A stretch of 64,000 nt of DNA from contig DATEUJ010000144.1 of the NCBI GenBank assembly GCA_035283185.1, positions 17,185 through 81,184 of the forward strand, in the 5' to 3' direction. Under the pieces are notes generated by a model. The model had not been told where the DNA came from, ran no database searches, and worked only from the letters and a program-made list of their open reading frames with translations. The first letter of the stretch is position 1. Every line of letters starts with the position of its first letter. The stretch is from Anaerolineae bacterium. Lineage in GTDB: Bacteria > Chloroflexota > Anaerolineae > Fen-1058. The position numbers and the translations under genes are program-made. Shown here piece after piece: positions 47,428 through 56,954 of this stretch.

Positions 47428-49797
47428 ATGCTCCGTTTCCGCAATCTCCGAACCAAACTCGTCCTGGCCTTCCTCGTCACCGTGCTCGTGCCGCTGATCG
47501 GCACCGGGCTTTACGGCAACTGGACGACCAGCCGCACGTTGCAGGCGCAGGCGCTCGACGCCGCCCGCGCCGACTTGCGATTGCGCGTCGAGCAGATCGG
47601 AGGCTATCTGGCCGGTGTGCGCGAAGACCTGCTCTTCCTCAGCCGCCTCGATTCGCTGGCCACACTGCTCGCCGCCGATCAACCCGCTCCCCCTCTCCTG
47701 GTCGACCTGCAGGCCGACTTCGTCGCCTTCGCCGCTACGCATCCCGGCGCCTTCCAGACTCGATACATCGACGCTAGCGGCATGGAAATCGTGCGCGTCG
47801 ATTCCACGCCGAACGGCATCGAGGTCGTCGCCGCCAACCGTCTGCAAAACAAAGCCGACCGCTACTACTTCGCAGCGGCGATGGCGTTGCCTGCAGGTGG
47901 CGTGCATGTCTCGCCCGTCGACCTGAACCGCGAATTCGGCGTGATCCAGGTTCCGCACACGCCCACCATCCGCTACGCCACGCCCGTCTTTCATCCCGAT
48001 GGCTCGCGCGCCGGTCTGGTGATCCTGAACCTGTACGCAGAACCGTTCCTGCGTTTCGCCCGTTCGGCTGCGGGCGGCGACGCCTTTCTCGTGCTGGTGG
48101 ACGAATCGGGCCACTACCTGGCACACCCCGACCGGTCGCGCGAGTGGGGTGGCCCCAACGACCTGAACACCGGTGCGGGCGCGTTCGTCGATTACCCGCA
48201 CGTCTGGCCGGAGATCGCCCGCGAGTCATCCGGCGTCTATTCGCCAGCGCCCGACAACTGGTTGAGCGCACTGATCGAGGACGTGTTGCCGATCAGCCTG
48301 GTGGGCGGGGATGATCAGACCGGCAACAGAGTGTTGGTCTACGACGCGGTGCAACTTGATCCGGAGCGTGGTCCGCGCTGGAGGTTGCTCTATGACGAGC
48401 CACGTGTCAATCTGTTCGCCTCGGTGTCCGCCTTTCGCATCACAGCGATCACCATTCTCGCCGCCGCCGCCCTCGCCGCGCTACTGATGGCCATCGGCCT
48501 GGCGCGCAGCCTGACTGCGCCCATTCTCGCGCTCACCGAAGACGTGCGGCGCTTTGGGCGAACGAAGTTGCTTCGCCGCCTGGCGGATAGCCCGCCAGGC
48601 ACGGCCCGCGTGCGCGACGAGATCGACGAACTCGAGGCGACCTTCAACGACATGTCGGCGGCGCTCGAGCAACACCTCGAACGACTGTCACTGCTCAATC
48701 GGGCCGGCCATCACATCGCCGCGCGCCTGGAGCGACCGACCGTTCTGGAAGCGGCGGCGCGCGCGGCGGAGACACTCTTTCCAGCCGAATACAGCGTGAT
48801 CTGGTTCACAACGGAACGCGGCGACACGATCACTCACACGCATGGCCATGCGCCATGGGAGGCTTACCGCGCCGATCCCGGCCTGAATGCGCTCTTCGCC
48901 GCCGCGATTGCCGACGGCGAGTGGCGCACGACGCGCCTGCCCGATGCTCAAACGCCGTCCGGATTCCTGTGCTGCGTGCCGCTGTGTGTGAGCAGGCGGC
49001 CTGGCCTGATCGAACTTTATGGTTCGAGTCCGGCGCTGGCCGATCCGGCGACCGGCAACCTGCTCGCCGCGCTCAGCGTGCAAATCTCCATCGCGCTGGA
49101 GAATGCCGAGTTGGTCGAGCGGCTGGCCGAGCGCCGTGCCGAACTGCAGGCACTGGTCGAGCAACTCATTACCGCGCAGGAAGAAGAACGGCGCGTCGTC
49201 GCCTACGATATTCACGACGGCTTGATCCAGATGCTCGTCGGCGCGCGCCTGCAGCTCAGCAACTTCCAGGCCGATCGCGCCCGCGACCCGAATCGGGCCG
49301 AGGTGGCGCTGCGGAAAGGCCTCGACGAACTGGCTGCCGCCATTGCCGAAGCCCGCCGCGTCATCGAGGGCCTGCGCCCGGCCGCGCTGGACGATCTCGG
49401 TCTCGTCACCACGCTTCGGCAATACGCTGAGGAAACCGCTTCGGCGTGCGGCTGCCGGCTGGAATTCGCCGCCATCCCGCCCAACCTGCGCGTGCCCCCG
49501 CCGGTTGAGACGACGGCGTTTCGCATCGCACAGGAAGCCATCACCAACGCGCGCAAGTACGCCGGCGCGCAGCGGCTGCAGGTCGCGCTCACGCTCGGCG
49601 ACGGCGCGCTCGTCGTCGAAGTTCGGGACGACGGCGGCGGCTTCGATCCGAGCGCCGTCGCTGGAGGGCGCGAGGTGGGCCTGACCGGCATGCGCGAGCG
49701 AGCGCGTTTGCTCGGCGGAGAATGCACCATCGAAAGCGCGCCGGGAACGGGCACTGTCGTGCGCGCCACACTGCCACTACTGGCCACTGACCACTGA
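47428..49797 (+). CDS. sensor histidine kinase (extracytoplasmic sensor, HAMP, GAF-like, HisKA_3 + HATPase; NarX/LiaS class)
   Basis: ATG 47428. N-terminal TM, a large periplasmic domain and a second TM. RVVAYDIHDGLIQ (HisKA_3 H-box). C-terminal NARKYA...GGFD...GLTGMRERA. Confidence 0.85.
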   Translation: MLRFRNLRTKLVLAFLVTVLVPLIGTGLYGNWTTSRTLQAQALDAARADLRLRVEQIGGYLAGVREDLLFLSRLDSLATLLAADQPAPPLLVDLQADFVAFAATHPGAFQTRYIDASGMEIVRVDSTPNGIEVVAANRLQNKADRYYFAAAMALPAGGVHVSPVDLNREFGVIQVPHTPTIRYATPVFHPDGSRAGLVILNLYAEPFLRFARSAAGGDAFLVLVDESGHYLAHPDRSREWGGPNDLNTGAGAFVDYPHVWPEIARESSGVYSPAPDNWLSALIEDVLPISLVGGDDQTGNRVLVYDAVQLDPERGPRWRLLYDEPRVNLFASVSAFRITAITILAAAALAALLMAIGLARSLTAPILALTEDVRRFGRTKLLRRLADSPPGTARVRDEIDELEATFNDMSAALEQHLERLSLLNRAGHHIAARLERPTVLEAAARAAETLFPAEYSVIWFTTERGDTITHTHGHAPWEAYRADPGLNALFAAAIADGEWRTTRLPDAQTPSGFLCCVPLCVSRRPGLIELYGSSPALADPATGNLLAALSVQISIALENAELVERLAERRAELQALVEQLITAQEEERRVVAYDIHDGLIQMLVGARLQLSNFQADRARDPNRAEVALRKGLDELAAAIAEARRVIEGLRPAALDDLGLVTTLRQYAEETASACGCRLEFAAIPPNLRVPPPVETTAFRIAQEAITNARKYAGAQRLQVALTLGDGALVVEVRDDGGGFDPSAVAGGREVGLTGMRERARLLGGECTIESAPGTGTVVRATLPLLATDH

Positions 49798-49826
49798 CCA
49801 CTGTTCACTGTTCACTGTTCACTGCC
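49785..49826. repeat. six in-phase tandem heptamers CACTGNN spanning the kinase stop codon up to the regulator start codon
   Basis: cactgac x2, cactgtt x3 and cactgcc x1 at 49785-49826. ATG of the response regulator is at 49827. Confidence 0.9.
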
Positions 49827-50480
49827 ATGACTGAACCGATCACCGTCCTCATCGCCGACGATCACGGCGTGGTGCGCGAAGGACTGCGCGCCATGCTGGA
49901 ACGCGAAGGGTTGCGCGTAGTGGGCGAAGCCCGCACCGGGCGTGAAGCCATTGCCCTCGCTGGCTCCCTCGCGCCCAAAGTCGTCCTCCTCGACATCCGC
50001 ATGCCCGACCTCGACGGCCTACAAGCCCTCGCCGCCATCAAAGCCGCTCGCCCTGAGACCAGCGTCATCATGCTCACCTCGCATGCCAACCCCGGCTACT
50101 TGGCCCGCGCTGTAGCGCACGGGGCCGCCGGATTCCTCTCAAAGGAAATTGACCCCGACCGCATCCCTGCCGCCGTGCGCGCCGCCGCCACCGGCGACCA
50201 TCTCCTCGACCCGGCGCTCCTGCGTGCTGCACTGGCCTCGGCCGCTGTCGAAGCGCCGCTCACCCCGGAATCCGACATCCCACCCGCCGACCTCCTCACC
50301 GAGGCCGAAACGCGCGTCCTCCGCCTGCTGGCCGAGGGGCTGGACAATGAGACGATCGCCGCCTCACTCAGCCTGAGCGTCAACACAGTCAAAACCCATG
50401 TCCGGCATATTTTCGAGAAACTGAACGTTTCCGACCGGACGCAGGCGGCGCTATGGGCGGTGCGGCATGGGATAAAGTAA
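49827..50480 (+). CDS. NarL/FixJ-family response regulator
   Basis: VLIADDHGVVREGL...VVLLDIRMPDLDG. C-terminal LTEAETRVLRLLAEGLDNETIAASLSLSVNTVKTHV. Confidence 0.9.
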   Translation: MTEPITVLIADDHGVVREGLRAMLEREGLRVVGEARTGREAIALAGSLAPKVVLLDIRMPDLDGLQALAAIKAARPETSVIMLTSHANPGYLARAVAHGAAGFLSKEIDPDRIPAAVRAAATGDHLLDPALLRAALASAAVEAPLTPESDIPPADLLTEAETRVLRLLAEGLDNETIAASLSLSVNTVKTHVRHIFEKLNVSDRTQAALWAVRHGIK

Positions 50481-50594
50481 ATCATCCTCTGGTATGACCC
50501 TTTTCACCCCTCAGCATGATGTCCGGCGCGGGTGCTTGCTGCAATATACAGTTGCAGGTTAACCACCCATATCCATTCTCCGGAGCCCCGCGCC

Positions 50595-51788
50595 ATGAGT
50601 CTGAGACACGCCCTGTTACTTCTGGTCACCCCATTGGCAGTCGGCGCTCTTGTCTTGGCGGCCTGCGCCTCATCCACTCCCGCCGGGCCGGCACCGGCCT
50701 TCACGCTGCCCGAAGCGCCGGCCATCAGAATCACGCCGCTACCTCCGCTGCCGGCGGAGCTGCCACCCGAAGCGGCCTTCCCTTCTGTGGCGGACCCGGC
50801 GTGGGAAAAGCTACCGGCTGCCCAAGTCGCGTTGGGCAAATACCTCTTCTTCGACGATGCCCTCTCCGGCGACCAGAAGTTGAACTGCGCAACCTGCCAC
50901 CAGCCGGACCGGGCCTGGATCGATGGCCTGCCTCTCTCCGTCGGCTACCCCGGCAGCCTCTACTTTCGTAACACCCCGACCCTGCTGAACGTCGGTGACA
51001 AGCCGCTCCTCTACTGGGACGGGCGTCTCGATGGGAATGACCTGCCGACCGTGATACGCGACCACATCGCTGAGGCCCACTTTATGAACGCCGACGGTCT
51101 GCTGGTCGTCGAGCGGCTGAATCAGAAGCCGCAATACGCGGAACTCTTTAGGGCAGCCTACGGCGGCGGGCCGAGTTATGGGCGCATGCTTAACGCCGTT
51201 GCCGCCTACGTTGGATCGCTGTACTCCCCGCCCAGCGCGTACGACCGCTACCGAGCCGGTGAGGCAGAAGCGCTCTCTGCCCAGGCGCAAGCAGGCCTGG
51301 CCCTCTTCGAAGGGAAAGCTCGCTGCGCCACCTGCCACAGCGGCACGCTTTTCAGCGACGGCCAATACCACAATCTGGGACTGCCTCAAAATCCGGATAT
51401 CTTCGACGAACCGCTGCGGCACATCACCTTCCGTCGATTCTTCCGGACGCTGGGCGTGCCTGACTATTCCAAACTGGAGGTAGACGTTGGGCGGTATGCT
51501 CTGACCCAGGATAATTCGGACAGCGGCTACTTCCTCACACCCGCGCTGCGGGAGGTCGGCCGGACCGCGCCATACATGCACAACGGCATTTTCGTCACGT
51601 TGGAAGAGGTCGTCGCCTTCTACAACGCCGGAGGCGGAGAGAGTTCGGAACTGTCGCCACTCAATCTCACACCGGCCGAGCAGGCGGCGCTGGTAGCCTT
51701 CCTTGAAAACCTGAGCGGTGAGCTGGTGTCGGTCGAACCGCCCGAAGCGCCTGCCTATCAGCTCACGATTCTGGGAGGCGACCAATGA
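50595..51788 (+). CDS. di-haem cytochrome c peroxidase (CCP/MauG family), lipoprotein
   Basis: Lipobox LVLAACAS. Haem motifs CATCH and CATCHSG. PYMHNG. Confidence 0.85.
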   Translation: MSLRHALLLLVTPLAVGALVLAACASSTPAGPAPAFTLPEAPAIRITPLPPLPAELPPEAAFPSVADPAWEKLPAAQVALGKYLFFDDALSGDQKLNCATCHQPDRAWIDGLPLSVGYPGSLYFRNTPTLLNVGDKPLLYWDGRLDGNDLPTVIRDHIAEAHFMNADGLLVVERLNQKPQYAELFRAAYGGGPSYGRMLNAVAAYVGSLYSPPSAYDRYRAGEAEALSAQAQAGLALFEGKARCATCHSGTLFSDGQYHNLGLPQNPDIFDEPLRHITFRRFFRTLGVPDYSKLEVDVGRYALTQDNSDSGYFLTPALREVGRTAPYMHNGIFVTLEEVVAFYNAGGGESSELSPLNLTPAEQAALVAFLENLSGELVSVEPPEAPAYQLTILGGDQ

Positions 51789-52918
51789 CCCGCCGGAATC
51801 TAATTGTGCTCGGACTGGTCGCCTTCGTCATTGTAGCGGGCATTGTCTACATGGTCGTGCAGCAGAGTCGGCTGCCAGTTGAGCTCACGGGCGGGCTGGA
51901 ACCGTTGCCTGACGTTCCCATCCCGCCTGACAACCCGATGAGCGAGGCCAGGATCGAGTTGGGTCGATACCTCTTCTTCGATCAGCGCATGTCCGGCGAC
52001 GGCAGCACCTCGTGCGCTATCTGCCACGTACCGGAGCTCGGCTGGGGGAGTGGCTCGGCGATTTCACCAGGCTATCCTGGCACATCGCACTGGCGCAACT
52101 CGCAGACTGTGATCAATAGTGCCTATCTGCCCAAGTTGTTTTGGGCCGGCGAATCTCTCAGCCTGGAGAAGCAGGCAGAATCCGCCTGGACCGGAAACTT
52201 GGCTGGCAATCTGGACCCGGCGATGGCCGAGGAACGGATGCGACAGATACCGGAGTACGTCGGCGTGTTCGAGGAAGTCTTCGGCGCTCCGCCGAATTGG
52301 GGTGACGCGCTGAAGGCGGTTGCGGCCTTTGAGCGCACGCTCGTCACGCAGAAAGTTCCTTTCGACGCCTATGCCCAAGGCGACCGGGGCGCCCTCTCGG
52401 CGGAGGCATTGCGCGGACTGGCGCTGTTCCAGGGCAAGGCGAACTGCATTGCGTGCCACAACGGCCCCTTGTTCACCGACAACAGCTTCCATAATCTCGG
52501 CGTTCCCCGCAACCCGCTATACGACTCGAACATCAATGTCCAGGTTGCGCTGCGTTACCAGCATCTCTCGCGGGGCGTGCCCGAAGAAGCGTATCAGGCC
52601 GCAGACCGCGACCTGGGACTGTATTACACGACCAAGCGCGAAGAGGACATGGGCGAGTTTCGCACGCCACCGTTGCGTTACGTGTGCTACACCGCCCCCT
52701 ACATGCACAACGGCGTGCTGAGCACCGTGGAGGAGGTCGTCGCCTTCTACAGTGCCGGCGGGGGCGATGACCCCGGCAAAGACCCGCTGATGCAGCCCCT
52801 CGATCTCACTGCGCCTGAGCAAGCCGACCTGGTCGCCTTCTTGCACAGCCTGTGCGGCGACGAAATCATCATCGAAGCCCCGGAACTGCCGCCCTATGCC
52901 GTGATCAGTAATCGGTAG
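51785..52918 (+). CDS. di-haem cytochrome c peroxidase (CCP/MauG family), second copy
   Basis: N-terminal TM anchor. CAICH and CIACHNG. PYMHNG. The start overlaps the previous stop. Confidence 0.85.
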   Translation: MTRRNLIVLGLVAFVIVAGIVYMVVQQSRLPVELTGGLEPLPDVPIPPDNPMSEARIELGRYLFFDQRMSGDGSTSCAICHVPELGWGSGSAISPGYPGTSHWRNSQTVINSAYLPKLFWAGESLSLEKQAESAWTGNLAGNLDPAMAEERMRQIPEYVGVFEEVFGAPPNWGDALKAVAAFERTLVTQKVPFDAYAQGDRGALSAEALRGLALFQGKANCIACHNGPLFTDNSFHNLGVPRNPLYDSNINVQVALRYQHLSRGVPEEAYQAADRDLGLYYTTKREEDMGEFRTPPLRYVCYTAPYMHNGVLSTVEEVVAFYSAGGGDDPGKDPLMQPLDLTAPEQADLVAFLHSLCGDEIIIEAPELPPYAVISNR

Positions 52919-52988
52919 CCAGTCATCAGTGCCACTGATCACGATTCATGGCTTACTGATCACTGACCACCGGCTACTGACCACTCAC
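52901..52988. repeat. cluster of (T/C)ACTGA(T/C)CAC motifs and their inverted copy upstream of aioB
   Basis: gtgatcagta at 52901-10 (inverted). cactgatcac at 52933-42. tactgatcactgaccac at 52954-70. tactgaccactcac at 52975-88. Related to the CACTGAC heptamers at 49785. Confidence 0.6.
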
Positions 52989-53002
52989 TTCGGAGGTTCT
53001 CG

Positions 53003-53557
53003 ATGACCGATCAGACCTGCGATCTGAACGCAGCCCTCACCCGCCGGCACTTTCTGTTCATGAGCGGCGCGGCGCTCGTCACACTGGCGATACCCAGGTT
53101 CCTGTGGGGCGTGCCCGGGGCCGAAGCGATGCGCCTGCAATTGGCCGAGTACCCGCGCCAGAAGGTCGGGAAACTGAGCGCACTGAAGGTCGGCCGGCCG
53201 GTTCCGTTCCAGTATCCCTTCGAGCATCCCAACTGTGCCAACTTCATCTTCAAGCTGGGTGTTCCGGCGGGCGGCGGCATCGGCCCGCAGAAGGACGTGG
53301 TCGCCTTTAACAGCCTGTGCCCGCATCAGGGCGGCCCGCTGGCTGGGCGGCTCAACGCGCAGCATCAAGTCCTCGGCCCGTGCCCGCTGCATCTGAGCAC
53401 GTTCGACCTCACCCGGCACGGCATGGTCGTCAGCGGCCACGCGACCGAAGGCCTGCCCCAGATCGTGCTGGAACTAAGCGGCGACGACATCTATGCCGTC
53501 GGGGCGATGGGCCTGGTGTATGGCTTTCACAGTAATCTGGTTGATCCAAAGGCGTAA
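53003..53557 (+). CDS. aioB: arsenite oxidase small (Rieske) subunit with Tat signal
   Basis: TRRHFLFMSGAAL (twin-Arg). Rieske CPHQGG ... CPLHLS. Directly precedes the Mo-pterin subunit. Confidence 0.8.
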   Translation: MTDQTCDLNAALTRRHFLFMSGAALVTLAIPRFLWGVPGAEAMRLQLAEYPRQKVGKLSALKVGRPVPFQYPFEHPNCANFIFKLGVPAGGGIGPQKDVVAFNSLCPHQGGPLAGRLNAQHQVLGPCPLHLSTFDLTRHGMVVSGHATEGLPQIVLELSGDDIYAVGAMGLVYGFHSNLVDPKA

Positions 53558-53605
53558 TTGGTAAGTGGTAATTACCAATTACGTATTCCCAACTGGGAGT
53601 GCGCT

Positions 53606-56248
53606 ATGACCAACTACACCCCTCAAGACAAAGTTCCCCTCCCGCCTTCGGGCGCAAAGGTGTACACGACGGCGTGTGATTACTGCATCGTGGCCTGCGG
53701 TTACAAGACTTACGTTTGGCCTGAAGGCCAAGAGGGCGGCCCCAAGGCAAGTGAAAACGCGCTCGGCCTCGACTTCCCCACCGGCGTTCTCAGCGGCTGG
53801 ATCAGCCCTAACCAGCACAACCTCGTCAGCGTGGACGGCAAGCTGCATCACATCGTCGTCGTGCCGGACTTTCAAACCACAGTCGTCAACAGGGGCGGCA
53901 ACCACTCGATCCGGGGAGGAACATTGGCGCTCAAGTGCTATAACCCGAACGCGCCAACGCGCGACCGACTGCTGTACCCGCAGGCTCGCGTCAACGGCAA
54001 ACTGACTCGCGTGGACTGGGACACGGCCCTCGACGTGATGGCCGCCGTGAGCAAGCACGTGCTAAAGAACTACGGCGAGTCGGGCTGGGCCATGAAGACC
54101 TACTCCTACGAGTTCTTTGAGAACACCTACGCTATCTCCAAACTGGCCTTCGGCGCGATCGGCACTCCGGCCTTTGCCGTACACGACAAACCCAGCATGG
54201 GCTCGGACACCGGCGGGGTGGATGACGCCGGCATCATCACCTTCAGCGCCTCGTATCAGGATTGGGCCGACGCCGACGTGATCTACATCTCAGGCACCGA
54301 CCCCTTCGAGACTAAGACCATCGTCTTCACCTCGTGGATGATGGGCAAGCCGAAACTGATTTTCGCCCTGCCGCGCCGCACCACGGGTGTGGCTTACGCG
54401 GAAGCCAACGACGGCCTCTTCCTGCAAGTCATCCCTGGCACCGACACTCTCCTACACCTTGCCATCAACCGCATCATCCTGGAGAACGGCTGGGAAGACG
54501 CCGAGTTCGCGGAGGACTGGATCGCCAGCACGTGGGAAATTGACGCCGGCATGGGCCGCGGCCCGCGCAACACGCCCTGGCAGTGGCGCACCACCTGGAG
54601 CCAATTTGGGACCGACTTCGCCGGATACAAGGACTGGCTGCTGAACTACGATCTCGCCCGACTGGAAAACGCTGCCCGTGTCACCGGCGTCTCGGCAGAA
54701 AAGATCGTTCAGGCCACAGAAATGCTCACCGGCGCGGGCGGTCCGCGCCCCAAGGCCTCGTTCGCCTTCGAGAAGGGCAATTACTGGAGCAACAACTACC
54801 TCAACACGGCGTCGTTCGCGGCGATGGGCCTACTGTGCGGCGCGGGCAACCGGCCCGGTCGTGTCATCAGCCGCTTGGGCGGCCATCAGCGCGGCTGGAT
54901 GGGCGCGGCCGGCTATCCGATGGACAAGTCGCCGGAGAAATTGCCGGGCCGCCGCAAAGTGGAACTCGACCTCGACCGTTGGGTGGCAGCGGGCAACGTC
55001 CGTTTCGCCTGGGTAATCGGCACGACGTGGACGGCGGCAATGGCCGCCAGCCAGGAACTGGCCGACTCCTTCCGTAAGCTCACGGTCGAGAATCCGAACC
55101 AAATCAAGTCCGCCAACAAGCAGGCGATCGTGGACGCACTGATCCGGCGCGTCGACAGCCGCGGCATGGTGCTGGTGGACTCCGACATATATCCGGTGGA
55201 ACCCATCAACACCGAGTTCGCCGACATCGTCCTGCCCGCCGCCGCGTGGGGCGAGCACGACGCGACCCGCGCCAACGGCGAGCGCCGCCTGCGCCTCTAC
55301 AGCAAGTTCTACGATCCACCGGGTGAGGCCAAGCCCGATTGGTGGGCCATCAGCCGCTTCGCGCAGAAGATGGGCTTCAGTGGCTGGGACTGGGAAACGG
55401 ACAACGACGTGTTCGAGGAGGCCGCGCGCTTCAGCCGGGGCGGCGTGCTGGATTACTACGTGCTGGCGTGGCACGCGAAACAGATCGGCCAGAAGGGCCA
55501 CGAGGTTCTGCGCGAACTCGGCACGCAGGGCATCCAGACGCCCATTCGCTGGGTGAACGGCCAGATGGTCGGCACCGTCCGCTTGCACGACTCGACGCTC
55601 GAGCCCGGCACGCCGGAAGGTCCCACCGTCCACGCCAAATGGCTGACGCACTTCAGTTCGCACTCCGGTAAGGCGCTGTTGCTCAAAAGCCCGTGGGAGC
55701 TGTTCAGCGACTTCTACGAACGCGTCACGCCCGACCCGGCCAGCGGCGAATTCTGGCTGACGAACGGGCGCATCAACGAACTCTGGCAGTCAGGGTTTGA
55801 CGACCACCGCAAGCCGTATATGCATAACCGCTGGCCGGATACGTGGGTGGAGATTCACCCGACGGACGCGGCAAAGTACGGCATCGAGAGCGGCGACGAA
55901 GTGCGTCTGTTCAGCGACGATATTCTGATCCAGACCGGCGGCTGGATTCGGGTGAAGGGCTACAAGTTTACCGATTTGGTGAAGGAGGGATTGATCACCA
56001 CCGGCAAAGGCGATGTGCGCGCCGTCGCCATCGTCTCGGAAGACGTGCGGCCTGGCGTGCTGTTCACCAATTTCCTGCATCCGGCCAGCCCGGCCAACTC
56101 GCTCGTCCACCGCGTGCCCGACCCTTTCGCCAACGTCCACCGATTTAAACTGGGCAAGGCGCAGATCGAGAAGATCGGCGAGTCGCCGTACAAGAAATCT
56201 CTGGAGGAGATGACCTTCAAGCCGCGCACGATCACCTTCACGGGTTGA
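53606..56248 (+). CDS. aioA: arsenite oxidase large (molybdopterin, 3Fe-4S) subunit
   Basis: ATG 53606 with GGGAG RBS. TTACDYCIVACGYKTYVWPEGQEGGP aligns by eye with the AioA N-terminus (C-x2-C-x3-C, ...KWPELQEGG). About 880 aa. Confidence 0.8.
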   Translation: MTNYTPQDKVPLPPSGAKVYTTACDYCIVACGYKTYVWPEGQEGGPKASENALGLDFPTGVLSGWISPNQHNLVSVDGKLHHIVVVPDFQTTVVNRGGNHSIRGGTLALKCYNPNAPTRDRLLYPQARVNGKLTRVDWDTALDVMAAVSKHVLKNYGESGWAMKTYSYEFFENTYAISKLAFGAIGTPAFAVHDKPSMGSDTGGVDDAGIITFSASYQDWADADVIYISGTDPFETKTIVFTSWMMGKPKLIFALPRRTTGVAYAEANDGLFLQVIPGTDTLLHLAINRIILENGWEDAEFAEDWIASTWEIDAGMGRGPRNTPWQWRTTWSQFGTDFAGYKDWLLNYDLARLENAARVTGVSAEKIVQATEMLTGAGGPRPKASFAFEKGNYWSNNYLNTASFAAMGLLCGAGNRPGRVISRLGGHQRGWMGAAGYPMDKSPEKLPGRRKVELDLDRWVAAGNVRFAWVIGTTWTAAMAASQELADSFRKLTVENPNQIKSANKQAIVDALIRRVDSRGMVLVDSDIYPVEPINTEFADIVLPAAAWGEHDATRANGERRLRLYSKFYDPPGEAKPDWWAISRFAQKMGFSGWDWETDNDVFEEAARFSRGGVLDYYVLAWHAKQIGQKGHEVLRELGTQGIQTPIRWVNGQMVGTVRLHDSTLEPGTPEGPTVHAKWLTHFSSHSGKALLLKSPWELFSDFYERVTPDPASGEFWLTNGRINELWQSGFDDHRKPYMHNRWPDTWVEIHPTDAAKYGIESGDEVRLFSDDILIQTGGWIRVKGYKFTDLVKEGLITTGKGDVRAVAIVSEDVRPGVLFTNFLHPASPANSLVHRVPDPFANVHRFKLGKAQIEKIGESPYKKSLEEMTFKPRTITFTG

Positions 56249-56271
56249 GTCGTCACCCCTATGGATAGACC

Positions 56272-56572
56272 ATGAAACGGCTTGCCGACTTGCTCGAAGC
56301 CTCTGCCGCACTCCACCGCCATCTCTGCCCGCGTCAGGTGCTCGGCGTGCGTATCGGGCTGGCGGGCGCAGCCGCATTACAACTCGACGTCTCACGCAAG
56401 GACAAGCGGCTGCTGGTCATTAGAGATCATCAACGAGCGCGAGGTCCGGCGCGATGGCGCGACCCTGTGCCGCGCTTGCGCGGGCGAGGGCTATTATGAC
56501 CTGTTGGCGAGTTCGTTCCCGTGCCTGTCGTTGCGAGAACCGAACTGGCCCGAGAGGCTGTCAGTCGGGTGA
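56272..56572 (+). pseudogene. FmdE-domain protein remnant (internal deletion plus frameshift)
   Basis: The N-terminus LHRHLCPRQVLGVRIGLAGA...DKRLLVI is FmdE-like. The C-terminal Zn-ribbon-like part EIINEREVRRDGATLCRACAGEGYY is in a different frame. The central domain is missing. Confidence 0.45.
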
Positions 56573-56611
56573 AAAGACTTCCGAAGTCTCTGGGATTTCG
56601 GAAGTCTTTTC
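56571..56611 (+). terminator. perfect 15-bp hairpin GAAAAGACTTCCGAA / TTCGGAAGTCTTTTC
   Basis: Read directly, with an 11-nt loop. The 3' arm ends in a T-rich run. Lies at the end of the aio block. Confidence 0.5.
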
Positions 56612-56660
56612 GTCAGGGTAAGATTTGACCCGGAACGCGCGTCTACAAGATAGCGGGCCA

Positions 56661-56954
56661 ATGCTCCAGATATATCCTGTCGGGGCACACAACCCGCACA
56701 AGAGAAGGACTCACACTGTGCGTCCGATCTGGCAGATCCTCACCCGCACAACGCATTCTCCAAACAGTGTGCTGACCTGTGAGGAATGCTTTGCGGCGCT
56801 GGAGTATCTGGCCGAGTTGATGGATGCAGATGTTGATCCGAAAGACCTGTGGCAGACCGCCCAACGCCATCTGGCGCGCTGTCCCGACTGCCGGGAGCAT
56901 CACGCAAAGCGTATCCGCGAACTGGAGTCGCGGCTGGCCGGAGGTCGAGGCTGA
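56661..56954 (+). CDS. orphan ZAS-type (zf-HC2) anti-sigma-like protein
   Basis: RHLARCPDCREHH matches H-x3-C-x2-C. An additional CEEC lies upstream. The stop overlaps the start of the next gene (TGATG). Confidence 0.55.
   Translation: MLQIYPVGAHNPHKRRTHTVRPIWQILTRTTHSPNSVLTCEECFAALEYLAELMDADVDPKDLWQTAQRHLARCPDCREHHAKRIRELESRLAGGRG

Noticed and set aside
49785-49826. Tandem repeats here and the motif clusters at 10251-10313 and 52901-52988 as CRISPR arrays.
   Set aside because: The units are 7-12 nt with no spacers of 25-40 nt and no cas genes. They are microsatellite-like or operator-like, not CRISPR.
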